Shown here: in pieces, positions 1 through 13,308 of the stretch
How positions within the stretch are numbered: the first letter of the stretch is position 1
Layout: each line of letters begins with the position of its first letter
From: Phoronis australis
Taxonomy: Eukaryota > Animalia > Phoronida
Assembly: GCA_002633005.1 (NCBI GenBank)
Contig: NMRA01000004.1
Span: 2,351,426-2,406,869, forward strand
Length of the DNA: 55,444 bases
Reading direction: 5' to 3'
Notes under the pieces: model-generated
Seen by the model: the letters and a program-made list of their open reading frames with translations, nothing else
What the model was told of the DNA's origin: nothing
Database searches by the model: none
Made by a program: the position numbers and the translations under genes

Positions 1-131
1 CTTGATTTTTAGATGTAAAAACTGAAAAATTTCCTGGGGCAAACCCCCCTCCCGACCTCCCGCATTCGGTGCTATGCGCATCTACTGTACAATCGTGGTT
101 CAGTTTGCGCAAATGTTTACAGCCGGACAAA

Positions 132-171
132 ATGTTGGGCCCCCCCTTGTGATATCCTAGATCCGCCACTG
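132..171 (-). mobile_element. Terminus of CAGTGGCGGATC-type (hAT-like) MITE; rest runs off the window
   Basis: Reverse complement reads CAGTGGCGGATCTAGGATATCACAAG-(G)n-CCCAACAT. Nearly the same as the terminus at 37880 and related to 39941. Confidence 0.6.
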
Positions 172-190
172 TAGCGTCTACTGAAGGCAG

Positions 191-343
191 GCCTGGCGTT
201 CAGTAGGCGCTAGGACCTACGCTAGGACCTAGCTAAAACCTAGACAAAGTCACGTGTTCTCACTTAAAATGCACGGCAATATCTCACGTAATCTCGCGAA
301 GTCTTGCTCTTTAGCAAGGTCCTAGCGTTACTGAACGGGAGGC
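191..343. mobile_element. Short MITE with (AC)GCTAGGACCT terminal motifs
   Basis: Ends GTTCAGTAGGCGCTAGGACCT and AGGTCCTAGCGTTACTGAAC are inverted. Near-identical copy at ~48134-48281; partial copy at ~11010-11116. Confidence 0.7.
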
Positions 344-3300
344 TGGTTAATGACCCGTTAACTTTAGCTTTTGATATTATGGATGTACATATTGCGTCTG
401 TTAAGACTAATGATGTGACGAATTTGTGGACGCTTGCTAGCGACAGACTTCCCTTCTGATCAGTGGCTTTAGGTTGCCGGCCTTGTCATAAATTTCCTTC
501 CCGTAATACGCTACCAGAGCGCAACATTATTTAGTAGTCTCCATTCTAACTCGTATATCAAGAAATGTAGTGACTTTGTCAACTAGTACAAGTATATATT
601 TTCTGAAATTAAAAAGGTCAGGGAATATTAAAATACCCTTTATATTCATTAATCAATATTTTTATTACGTTAACGTCTTTTTAAGTCAACATTTTGTTTT
701 TAAGAAAGGAACATTCATACCAGAATAACCACTCGATCGATTTTAATAGAACCTTTTTGAATGAAAACGTCAGCAGTTACCTCAAAACGCTGTTAGGATT
801 ATTCTTTACGTCTGGTTTCTATGAAAGATCAACTTGCAAAACATAAGGTGTTTTTTTTGTAAAAAAAACAGTCGTGGTCACTTTTTCTAGATTACGCAAA
901 AACTAGCTAAGGTCTTGATATGAAAAATCTTTAAAAGCATGTAGTGAGAACGATGAATAAGGATTGAGGTTGGAAACTTTCAGCCAAATTCACCGAGCCG
1001 TTTCCGATAACTCGTGTTGCAAACTTCGAATTAAAAGCTAATTAAGCCGTAACAGGTGAAAGTCTCAAACTATTCGGTAAGTTTTTCGGTGAATCCTTGT
1101 TTTCGGTCAATATATCCTACACAGCCCTTAAGCGCGCTCCTTATTTCGATATTCACGCGCAATGCTGTCTAAACTTGCAGTGCGTATTTTGACAAAAAAA
1201 TTTAGTCAAATTTCAATGCATCGAATCCAACTGAGATACGGGCGAAACCAAGTGGGTCAAGCTGGTGCATCGTGGTTAACTTTAAAGGTCAGCATTTAAT
1301 TTTTAGACACACCACGCGCTGGGAGACTTACATAAAACCCAAGTATGAAATGGATAACAAAAATCGCATTATTGGTTAAAGCTTGTCGTGAGCACGAGAT
1401 CGGAATAGCAAAATGTCGAATCAAGTAATTTGGGTGAGGGTTTTTCTCTTTTTACAACTTGCGGTGTTTGTGAACACAAAGTCACAGAGGTGTGAGGCGA
1501 CTCGTAGCCCTTACACATGTATTCTCAGAGGTCGCATGCATGCAGACACACAAGTCCATCGGGATCAAAATTACGCATGTGTATTCGTTTTCTCCGGCAT
1601 CTTTCTATCATACATGTATGTAGACGTCGTTGACGCAGTATTATGGCGACACGGTGAATGAAAGGACTGAGGGTACTCACGGGGCTGCTCAGTGTCTCAC
1701 GCGAGATTCGTAACCTTTGACCTCGGATAAGCGCTAAACAAATTTCCACGCGGTTGCGCTGTCACAAGGTGATTTTGTTAACCTTTTTTCATTCACTACA
1801 CAGTACATATTTCGTTTCCAAAGTTTCCCAGTAATTTTGTTAGACATATAGTGTGTGTGGAAATTGTAAAAGTGGACACTGTTTGTGGATAAGGTTTGAG
1901 ATTTCCTTGAACGTCTCTGCATGAAGGACTTGTGGTCACCATTAGAAATAACTTTAAAGATAACAGTATTCCCAAGGGATTATCTATTTCGAACAAGGAA
2001 CTACTCGTAACCACAGCGTAATGCACTTTTTCTTTCTTTAGATCTCACTACCAACGAGAATGACGTTACTTGAACGTAAGATTGTTTATCCTGACTACAT
2101 TGTATGGCCTCATTCCAGAGATTTCGCTCCCCTTGACACTTATCTTCAGATACTTCCTTGGAAGGTTGCTCAGTAAAATCCACCAGAGGAACTATTGGTA
2201 CGACGCACTCCTGCAAGGAAAAGTACTAGTATTCCTTTGATGACTAAAGGAAGGTTTTCATTAACAGCACTAAAATTCAATGCCACGATGTCGATGGAAA
2301 AATACATTCAACATCTTTTTCTGAATAACCGCATCAACTTCAACGCAGTTCTACGTTGAAAAATCTATTGATGGTCATTCTCATTCGATACAACTTTCTC
2401 CAGATTTCCCACGACGCTATCTTTTACATAATTATATAAATGTAACCTTGTAAAATGGATTCCCACGAAATTTCATATTTTTGCCAGATATTTAACTGTT
2501 TTAGGGATCTTGCCAAACTTTGATACGCCTTGGAAATCGTACCAATGTCATGTCCCGCTATTTCATTTAAAATACGTCTTCAATCTTCTAGTTTGTGAAC
2601 TTCAACCAAGTCTTAACATGAATTAAATACTTCACGATGTGTAGGGGTGCTTTTTCGTGCGTTCTGCGTGCCACTTGTGAACAACTGCAGACGAGTACTC
2701 ATGTCGTCTGCAGTCGAGTACAGTCATGTCGTCCGCAAAAGTGAAAGTTCATGTTCAGTTTTGTGCACCATTTTCAGTTGGAAATAACCACACCTGTCAT
2801 TTTTTAAGTTTCCATAGTTCTGTTTTTTCTAGTATTTATGCTATTGCTACATCCTAAGTCAAAATGAGTGACTTGTTTAACTAACTCAGAGGGTTGTCTA
2901 GGAACAAGTGCAATTAAAAAGCACATAACTGAGCATTCTGTAATGTAGCAAAGAAACTAACGAAAGTTTTGAGTTCATTTCAATAAAACATCAGCTTGAC
3001 ATACTTTATTCATGTCTTAACTCCGACACTCCAAGGACGGGAGTTTATGCGTTTTCTTTATTTGCGAGTTTGTCTGTGCGTGGGTCTATGTGCGCGTGCC
3101 TGCGTTTTTATATACGTGTTTTCACGAGCGCGCATGTATGTGAATGAAAACATCTCTCGTTGACGTATTTCATCGATTTTCTACTACAGCTTGTCTTTGT
3201 CCAAACGAGCAATCAGTTACATGTAGCTTTTAAATGGTTTGACATCTTCACGGCTTCTTGACCTTCGTCTAAGGCCTAGTATAGAAAGTTTAATTACTTA

Positions 3301-6300
3301 CATGTACTATTGCATATGTATATTCGAATCTTTCTAGTCAACGACAGCAGTAGTTGAACAAATTTTGAAAATGTTAAGCCCGCTTAATGTTTATTTGCTT
3401 ACTATATCAACATGCATGTAAACAGAAACGCATCAACCGGCCTATAGCGAAAGACCAGTTCCATGTATCAAAACTTCATCTGCTTAAGACTTTCAAATGT
3501 TTAGTTTATTAAAATAAGTTTTACACTTTCAAAAAAAACACCTAGCATTTGTCCCAAGTTGCATAAAACGGGATCACAAGACGGAAATGCTGTCAAGTCT
3601 TGATCCTGTCTTTTGCAACCAGGCCCACAGTCTTGCCACTAAGCCACCCGTGAACCATGTTATCAAATCTCTGAACTCTCACGATTTTATCTCGATTCTT
3701 TTTGATATGAAATCATGATCTGTTGTCATTGTGGTTTAGTCTCATGTTTCTTTAGTTTACTGGAAAATAAAACAAAAAAATGACTGATTCCGAATTCCTT
3801 GGAAAATCGACAAGTGTTATGTCTAAGATGTATGGATAACACATATTTTCAAAATCTGTAGATTAACATTTTTCTGGGTAGGAGTTGGGCAAACCACCTC
3901 CGTCATGTGTGCGGCTCCCATTGAATCACAGCTCCGCGTGTACTTGAGGATCTGGACACCAAAACATTAAGCTTTCCATTTGGGCTTCACTTGTCATGTA
4001 TCAGAAACTAAACAGGTGTCAGTATTTGGATAGTTTAAAGTGGAGCATCGAGGTTTGAAATTTCAACCATGAAATTCCTGGACGTCATTTGCAAAGCAAG
4101 CCGGACAGTGGATACGACGATCAGAACAGTGTTTATGTAACCGATATTCGTTTTCTGGCAAATGCGTCTGTGTGTCAGCGAATACTGCAACCGATAAGGA
4201 TGAAGAATCTCCGTGTCAGCCCTAAAGCAGCCCAAAGTTGACATCGCTTTAGTTCTTCTTTTAGGGAAGTCGGACTTTCTGCTCCACCTCCCCCGATCAA
4301 ATTTCATTGAATGTGGACACAGGTTGAACTTACGTACAACTTTGATCATTCGGCCCCTAAACAGGCTACATGTATGGGTTGTTGGCATTCTGTCGTTCTA
4401 CATCATGTGCCCTCGGGTGGGGTAAATCCTAGAAACTAGGGCACCCGTGTTTCAACAACTAAATACCTAAGGTATTGTACCAGGCTCCTAAGAACCTTAG
4501 CTTTTAAAAGTGTACACCGTACCTTGAAATCATCAGTAAAACAGACGTCATTCCATAATCATATAATTTGAGTTAGGTTCATTGAATAAACATCTAGGAC
4601 AGACTTGTGTTTCTAGGACAGAACACTATGAAATGGTAACTTTCCATCCACGCTCTCTACAAACAAGTTAATATGTTTGGAATGCACTCTCAAGTTACAG
4701 AAACAATGGGTGTGAGTATGTTTTGAAATTGAAACCCAAAGCATTCCAATGATGACTTGCAATTTTATATGTTTAATTTGGTAACACCTGTTCACATCAC
4801 GTTACGCTATTCTCACACAGCTTTGTTACTTGAAGAATTTAATTAAAAACAAACAAGAAGCATAGTTACAATCCATATGCCTACTTCTTGCTTAATGGTT
4901 TGCAAACAAAACGAAAGATACGGCGAGTTTTCAACGGAGCAAAAATTAAGGATGACGGCCACCCACCGACAATTCAACCGAAAAATCTCGAAGGACACAC
5001 TGCAGGTAGTGTTTCCAGAAGTTTCCATTCCATTATCGCATTAATGTAGTGTTGTTTTTATTCGTTACCCGAGTACACGCTGTCGAAATGAACATGCGCA
5101 GCACTGGAGCGGTAGAGCAGTGCTTATTTCCCTCTATGGGACCAACGTTTAACTGGAGATTTCTCTTTTAGCAAGTAAGTGTGAGAAACAGGACCTGATA
5201 ACCAGACTGTGAATATTGTGGAGTTGTGTGAATACAGACGTGGGCACAATATTCATGATAGTTTTTAATAGCTTGTCAGTCCTTGTCACGGTAATCGACA
5301 AAAGTAACACATTGTGCTTTTAACGTATTAAGTTAAGGTAATTGCTACAACTTCGACGCTGTGTCTTTGTATCGAGAGCAAACTAACAGTATTTTAAAAT
5401 AGTGGACCTGGAATGGACTGGTTTTTCAAGTTACCGGACTAATAAAAAAATATTTCGGAAGTTTATGTGCGCTCCAAAATGGCCGAGCATGGGTAGTTCT
5501 GTGGAAGAGCACTGCGAATATTTTGGGAATGGCACAACAGTTGTACAGTCATCGCAGTCTAGGAATGAATTACCAACTTCGATCACAAGTCGCTGAGGAT
5601 GCACCGAACATGCGTGGGAGTTGTTGGCAATCGCTTATTCCAGTGTTGTTTTGCTACGGCCTAATGTGGAAATTTTGTTTAGTACATACGAAGTAAGTTT
5701 AGAATTGCTATCTCTTAAAAACTTTTTACTGATAAATTCATCTACATTTGTGTTATATTTTGCGGAATAATGGCCTCAAACATTGTCAAACGGACGATCA
5801 TCTCGTTCTGCTTGCAATTTGACGATTGTGGAGGCCAGCTGTGTTGGTACGTGTTTAAGGCTGCCCAACTGGCAGGTGTAACGCATAAAGCAAGCTTGAC
5901 GTATTACAATGATTTCGAAAGTTTTCAACTTCCTTGAAATATATCCACACGATCAAACACCAGCTGGTATGATACCAGAATCATGTACCGAGAACAAACA
6001 TTAATAAAAGGATAATTTTAGAACTAGGCCAGTGGGAATGTACAGTTACAGCCACTGAAATTAAAGAACGTAATATCAAGAAAACTCATGAGCTTTTAAC
6101 GGTATATCATTAAACCAAAAGCAAAAGATAAACCCTTTAGTTTACAAACATGACAGGTTATTAAATAGATTAATTCCAAAAACCGAGTGTCTTATCGAAA
6201 TCACGAATAATAACAAAGAGTGTACCAATGGGACCCTTCATTTATTAATTGGCTCATTAGTTAATTAGTCAACTAATTCATTTGTAATGTCAATAATTCA

Positions 6301-6851
6301 GGGATGAAATGAAAATTCTATATTTTTAAATTTCTCCGTATTTGTAGTAATTGAGTAAATTTGTATAATTCACTGGTTTTGTATAGAAACGATTTTAAAC
6401 TATGAAATGGATCTATTGATCAATGAATATCGAATGATGTAGATGTAACAACAAAAAAGCCTTCTATCAGCTCAGCTCGCAGCAGTCTGGTGTCAACGAA
6501 TAAAAAGATACATGTATGATACAAGCATCATTGAAGTCATAGTTCTAAATGTTTTTAATCACGAACGATTGGCCGTGCATTGTGCGGATCTTAGTTCATA
6601 ATGATTTTCCTTTAAAGGGGCATGGAGTGCCAAATACTTGTAGTGAAATCTTTTAAACGGATGGTCGCTTATCTTTTTCTTAGGGATGTGGCTAACGAGA
6701 CATTTACTTTGAATTGTGCGAGAATTTCTTGAGAAATTTGTCCGATTCTTTATTTTTGAAACCCATACGAAATATAAACTCACCCCAAATATATACAAAA
6801 ACGTACCGAGAGGGGCGTACGTCAATCGAGGTACGTTTTGTATTTACAGTA

Positions 6852-8243
6852 CAGCCACTGAATTTTTAGACTTCGTCCGGGCTACCTCACGCCTGGCCAG
6901 ACCGGAGCACAACCAGAACGCTGGCGTGACAGAAATCAGTCACGGTCGCCTCACGCCTACTCTCCGGGTAGTCCTCACGCTTACCTCCGGTTCAGTTAAC
7001 GCCTTCCTCACGCCTTGTTCACGCTTTCCTCAGGCTTTCTTCACGCCTACGGTAGCTGTGGTAACCATGGTAGGGCACCGGCTAATCATTAAAAATACAT
7101 GTAACGTCTTCATTGCCTGTCGTTTCGGACAAGTTGCAAAGACATTATAGTATAGTATATTATAGAGTATCTTTCCAGCAGTCATCTATCACACTTGGGT
7201 TCCGACTAACTCTGTAATTCCACGTGTTGTTCATACAAACATCTTCCTTCAGCTCATCTTGTGTTACGGTTGCATGTCCATGTTCAATTTACGACTTTTA
7301 AAAGAGCCAGTCCCATCAACGACATACATATACAGTAACCACGGTTAGTAAATACGAATATACGCGACCCTGTGTCCAGAGTCGTCTTTACATGGCTGTG
7401 GACTCCTTGAAACTTTTCGCAGCTGGATATAGTTAATTCGCCCTAAAAATAGGGAAGTATTGAGTCACTCCTTAACTTTTTGCACCGCACTGGCGTACAG
7501 AAAATTTCAATAGGACGCCCTTCTGACATACCAATCCCTTACTGCAAGCAAATGTTTTGACTAAAAAGTCCTCAATCCGTAGTGCAGTTCAATTATTTGT
7601 AGCACCCTCCCCGTAGTACATGCGTTTCGACGGAGTTCACAGTATCCCCGGGGTACTTCTTCACTATAATTGCGGTCATCTGTTTGACTCGTCAAATGCA
7701 TGGGCGCGACCAGTTTTCTCCGCATGATGCCGGAACTTGGGATCAATGTGCGCAGAATTGACATGCTATGCTCCTTCATATCGTGAAGGCAATTGAATAT
7801 TTCCGCCATGTACAAGCGTGTTAAGATTCTTTATTAGTTTATATAATTATATATAAGTGAAAAGTAGAGTCCACAGGTATGTTTCCGTAAGTGACTTAAG
7901 ATTTGAGAAGGAAATTTTGGTCTTTTACTGAACGTGACGATTTATAAAAAATTAAACCTCACATGAGCAAAAGTCTATGAGAATACACACATCACTGCTA
8001 GTTACTGATATAATTTTAATAAATTACTTTTTCATCTGTGATGCAGGTAAACTCAAGCCTGGCTCACGGCTGGCTCGCCCATCGTTCACGCCTAACTCAC
8101 GGTCAGCTTCGGGTATAGTCGCGCTTAGGCTCACGCCAGCTGTCACGGTTGATTCACGCCTCACACTCCGGTCTGTCTCCAGTTACGGTCACGGGTGGCT
8201 AGACCGGAGAGACACCAGAGAGAGTCTAATAATTCAGTGGCTG
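6852..8243. mobile_element. Non-autonomous TIR DNA transposon flanked by TA
   Basis: TA|CAGCCACTGAATTTTTAGACT ... AGTCTAATAATTCAGTGGCTG|TA. Both subterminal regions are packed with TCACG(C/G) motifs. An orphan copy of the terminus sits at ~6047. Confidence 0.7.
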
Positions 8244-8829
8244 TATTGTATGCCATACACTTCGAATTCCTCAGTTTCTTTTATTTTTCCGCAGATTTTT
8301 TCAATACTTCACTCAGGCTTTTTTACGTGGCGGATCGCATCCTATATGTTTGTACTTGCGTGTTAGGTTGCAAGTTTTCTCTAGTAAAAGAAACAGTTTT
8401 AAATGACCCGATTTATTACTTGAAAAGAGACAATAAAGATGAAAGCAATGGTAACTTTGCACTGAACTTGTAACATCTCTTGAAAATAGTTAAATATCAA
8501 CGATATTGAATATTGTAGTTGCCCAGGAATAAGCGCCTGAATTGCAGACGATATAATATTTAGAGAATGAAAACCGAGACAGAACTGTCATATAATTAAC
8601 AGTCTTGTTCCCGATGTTACGATTGAGACCTGGTTGAATGTTGGGTGCTATTTACGTACTCTGCTACAATAGTATTACTTTGAGCTATTTCCCGCAAGTT
8701 TGATGATCGAAGTGGCTAACGACGTCGAGTTGACACTGACCTATCTTTTGAACTTTTCATGTCAGAGCTAGGTCACTGTTGAAGTAGTGCGGGAGGTGAA
8801 TACGGAAAACATGATTACATGGCCGTATT

Positions 8830-10099
8830 TCCCTCACCACAAAATGGGTAAAATATTTCGTCGACAGAACCCAAAACGCCAGTAAACCCCTCACGCTCTC
8901 ATAATTTCTGAGGTACATCATCACCATTGGGGCGATAACCAATTCTGAGTAACAGATTTCTTCAACTGTCCATTAACGTTGGTCTTAGAAACAGTCACAG
9001 TAGTAGACATTTCCTCATTCTGTTTTTTCTTTTTTATTTAGAACAAATAGCAATTAAGTGACCACTTGTTTTACAGTTGACACACAGGACCAGAACTTTT
9101 GAAACTCGAACGATAGGCAGACCCTGCCTTGGTATCAACTTTCCCACCTGAGGAAATTTTATTGTTCAATTTAGGTATACTGTCAACCTCTGCTTCATAC
9201 TTTTTGACTTTGAAAAATTTGGTCTTAGTGTCAACACGTAATCGTCTGCAAGAGCCGCTGCGTCATATAACTGATCGACCTTTTGTTCGTCAAGATACGT
9301 TTATACAACGTCTGTCATTTGAACTGCTAAATCAAAACCAACTGCCTGAACTTTTCATAGGTACCGTCGATATTGTTAGCAACACACCATTTGTCAAGCC
9401 AGATCTCTAGCTCCCTACAAAATTTAATACAGGTTTGCTTATCGTTCTTTTTCCAGCTACGAAATTTTTGACGATATGCTTCCGGAACAAGTTCATGAGC
9501 TCTTAAAATTGCAACTTTCAAATAATCATAATCGTGAGGTTTCTCAGGCGGCAAAGAGGCATAGGTTTTCTGGGCTTTTCCAGTTAAAACACTTTGCAAC
9601 AAAATCGGCCATTTCTCTTTAGGCCACTCAACTGACACGGCAACTTTCTCAAAACACTGAAAATACTGGTCAACGTCCTTCTCCTGAAATAGGGGTACCA
9701 TTCTACAGTGTTTAGTTACATCAAAACTGCCCTTCAGTTTTTCTTTTTCTAACTCAAACTTCTGCCTTCTCCATTTCCCTTTGCAATACTAATTTTTCTC
9801 TCTCAAGCGCTAACTGTCGTTGCTGTAACTCTAACTCCCTCTCAAACTTCAACTTCTCAAATGACAGTTGTAGTTTTATCTTCTCAATCTCTGTTTCACT
9901 CTGAAACCCCTTCAGTGGGAGGTATTTGATCAAGAACATCAGTTAACAAATCCTCGTCTACAAAATGTTGACAAATCATTCTCAGAATTTCACTCTTGTG
10001 CATAGCCGTCTTTGTAGCAAGACCTATTTTGCTATCAATCGCTAACTTTTTGAGTTTTAATAAACAAACAAAAGTAGGATTTGTATAAAATGCTAACAA
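8830..10099 (-). pseudogene. gag: Ty3/Gypsy LTR-retrotransposon gag relic (coiled coil, SCAN-like capsid, CCHC knuckle)
   Basis: Frameshifted ORFs 10099-9896, 9939-9754 and 9701-9327 (VPLFQEKDVDQYFQCFEKVA...WPILLQSVLTGKAQ...YRQKFR). Continues out of frame as TYLDEQKVDQLYDAAALADDY, with a broken knuckle NCKTSGHLIAIC near 9045-9085. No RT or integrase. Confidence 0.85.
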
Positions 10100-10691
10100 G
10101 AAAATGTCACTAACTATTTTAACACACAGCGGACTGTCACAATCAACAAGAGACCAGTAGTTGCGGGCCTAGTCAGTGACGTCACAATTCGACTTCAATA
10201 CCAGCCAATAGCGAATGTGCAAATCTCAATGCGCATGCATGCCCCACACCAGTTCCTCTCTATTGCATTCTGGGATAGTATGTGTGTCTAGCAGCAGCGT
10301 GAGAGTTTCTACATGTATATACAGAAGAGATTATTATATTTTGCTGCCATTTTCAATTATTAAGACTTGAAAAATATGTTACAAATTATCAATATCTTAT
10401 AAAAATTATAATTTTAAAAATTTGTACAATCCAAGACATATGCTTATACAAGTTTACCTGGCCCTGGTATTTCCGTGATAAGACTCCAAACACTCAAACA
10501 CACCGCACTTCATTCCCGCCAATTTTTAAAGTCCTTCTTACTGGCGAATGCTAATCCCATGTTGACGAGTCATTACAGGGGTCAAAAGCAGCTGTGGGGT
10601 GGGGATTGCCGTGATTGAAGTGCGTGTGCAACGGTTTGTTCGACATTAACGGTAGTCCGACTGCCCGGGACAGCAATTTGTTGGTCCGGAC

Positions 10692-10782
10692 CACAGGCGT
10701 CCTCAGCTTCTGATCGTCTCCAATACACTACATATATATTATGTAGTGTATTGGGGACGATCAGAAGCTGAGGACGCCTGTG
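10692..10782. mobile_element. 91-bp minimal TIR element (ends only) with 8-bp TSD GTCCGGAC
   Basis: Near-perfect palindrome CACAGGCGTCCTCAGCTTCTGATCGTC...GACGATCAGAAGCTGAGGACGCCTGTG. GTCCGGAC at 10684-10691 and 10783-10790. Same termini as 49829-50524. Confidence 0.9.
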
Positions 10783-12386
10783 GTCCGGACAAGCTCACGG
10801 CCGAGCAGCTTGTCCGATAGGACAAGTTAAATTTTTGGAAACTATAGTGAATTTGGACGATCAGAACTTCTTCGAAGCGGCAGGGATAACTCACTTGTTT
10901 AGTCATCAGTGTCAGTAATATGCGGTGCATGGCAAGTCGGCAAAGTGTTGTTTAGGTAATGCAGGAGCTCATGACTGGACGCGATCCAAGGCACTTTTAT
11001 TCGAATAGTTCTAGCCAAATACACGGCAGTATCTCACGTAATCTGGCAAAGTTTTGATTTTAGCTACATGTGCAGTAGGTCCTAGCGTAGTTCCAAGCGT
11101 TTTGAACTCACGCCAGTTTTAGTGAAACAGGGACATTACCTTACTATAGCGGTAAAATACGTATTCTCATGCCTTTATTGAAGGACATACAGGCTTGACA
11201 AGGATATCACGTCCGTGGCCAACCTTTCTGTGATTCCCCGTGACAGTACACGAAACATAACCATCATGTGCAATGAAATAAAAAACACGTGGTCCACTGT
11301 GACTCCAAGCCAACTTGCGTCGCTGTACCCGTCTTGGTAAACGCATGTTTTTAAAGTCCTTCTCTCAAACTGCCCATGTGGTTCCAGTATCCGAAAATAC
11401 TTACTACATAAATTCTTATTTTCGACACCTTTTCTTTATATTCTTTTCGCCTTTCTTGCCAAAAGCGATTTTTAACAGTATTTGACCCTTCTCTCTGAGC
11501 GTATGATTACCGGTTGTCATCGGTTATTTCCGTACCCACATTTCCGGCTCATCAGTTCAGGAACTTGTCCTGGACGCCGCCATTTTTTCCTTGTAACTGA
11601 ATGTGCTATGGCTAGCTCGAAAAGTCTTCATTATTGTGTTTTATTAGTAATATATCGTGAATCGTTTGCATATGTAGTGTATTTATAGTTTGTAGTTAGT
11701 GGTCGTTGATTTTTTCTGGAATGTTACGCGTACTTAGTATGTTAAAATAACATTGGTGTTTAATTCCTTACGTAGGCCGGTCGAACCTAGAAACCAATAT
11801 GGGTCGAACCAATTTTTTTCGGTTTTATTTTTTTCCTCGTTTTGAAAAAGTACTTTGCTATCATCGGAAAGTAGTACATTCTACTCAGTAAAAATCGAAA
11901 AAGTATCAAAATCGGGGCAAGCACTGTAAAGTTATTGCAAGTTTTGTGGCGAAATTTGGGTCACTTTGTTTGGATCGCGTCAGCCATATTGGAGGACAGC
12001 GGGATGAGTTACGAGTTTAAAACTTTGTGTAAATTGTTTTCGCCAACAAATTACGGAGAAATTTAGTTAGACGTATCTTTACTTACTATTCTGCACGATT
12101 TAGCAGTGTTCACCAAATTTCAGCCTCGGGCACTTGTTACTCATTAAGTGGTAAATGTGCTCACAATTCCCGTTGGACTTCGTCTCATTTCTGGCGGCAA
12201 CGACAATGGCGACTTTTGCTGAACTGAAAGGCATGTTCAATCGGCTACTTTGTAATTTGTGAAGATTTAACGTTGATACATTTTGACAAACGTTGCTACA
12301 AAAAAGAAACTTTGTTCAATTTTCGTGTTTTTTGTGTTTGTGGCCAGCGACCAGTTAGGCCTAAGGGTAGTCTTGGCGCAAAGCTG

Positions 12387-12737
12387 NNNNNNNNNNNNNN
12401 NNNNNNNNNNNNNNNNNNNNNNNNNNNNNNNNNNNNNNNNNNNNNNNNNNNNNNNNNNNNNNNNNNNNNNNNNNNNNNNNNNNNNNNNNNNNNNNNNNNN
12501 NNNNNNNNNNNNNNNNNNNNNNNNNNNNNNNNNNNNNNNNNNNNNNNNNNNNNNNNNNNNNNNNNNNNNNNNNNNNNNNNNNNNNNNNNNNNNNNNNNNN
12601 NNNNNNNNNNNNNNNNNNNNNNNNNNNNNNNNNNNNNNNNNNNNNNNNNNNNNNNNNNNNNNNNNNNNNNNNNNNNNNNNNNNNNNNNNNNNNNNNNNNN
12701 NNNNNNNNNNNNNNNNNNNNNNNNNNNNNNNNNNNNN
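12387..12737. other. Assembly gap (351 N)
   Basis: Run of N. Confidence 1.
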
Positions 12738-12873
12738 TTCTTCGGGTGCGAATCGTGAGTGGTGCGTTCATTTAAACTTTTTTCGAGTACGGATCGTGTA
12801 TTAGTTATGGGGTAGGTACTTCTTGGATCCTTATAACATCTTCTAACCATGTAATAAGGGTTAACAACGCGTG
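12738..12873 (+). repeat. Interspersed repeat fragment, second copy at ~50620-50755
   Basis: Both share GAATCGTGAGTGG...TTAGTTATGGGGTAGGTACTTCTTGGATCCTTATAACA...CTAACCATGTA. Confidence 0.75.
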
Positions 12874-13192
12874 AGAGAAGGACTTTAATAACTTCACTCC
12901 TGACACCAAAATGGAAGCGCCCAACCAAAGTTAAGAGCGCAAAAAATCAACTTGATATTAGCGCAAGTCAAACATTCTGTCCACGCTCCACGTCGATAAA
13001 AACTATTTTTTTTTTTGAACTTTTGATTTGCCTGATGAATTTTTACAACATGTATTTTTGCTTCATTATTTTGGCACCTGGCTGAGCACCCCTATTGCCT
13101 CAAAGTGGTATCGTCCGATTGCTGGGCACGTGCGATGTCGGCTTTGAATTCAAAAAGAAATACTGTATACAATGTATATAAAAATGTTACAC

Positions 13193-13308
13193 AGTTCAAA
13201 GTATTCAATAAGAAGACCTGTCAATCGTTAGCACGTGTTTGGTTGTGTAAGTTCAAACTATTCAGTAAGAAGACCTGTCAATCATTCGCACGTGCATGGT
13301 TGTCTAAG
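13193..13308. repeat. 57-bp tandem duplication (2 copies)
   Basis: AGTTCAAAnTATTCAnTAAGAAGACCTGTCAATC... starts at 13193 and 13250. Confidence 0.85.

Noticed and set aside
6716-8366. 144-aa and 129-aa plus-strand ORFs sharing SRLARP/RLTP words
   Set aside because: The similarity comes from the TCACG motif arrays, which are poor in stop codons.
12273-12928. Four long ORFs in the track
   Set aside because: Artefacts of translating through the N gap.
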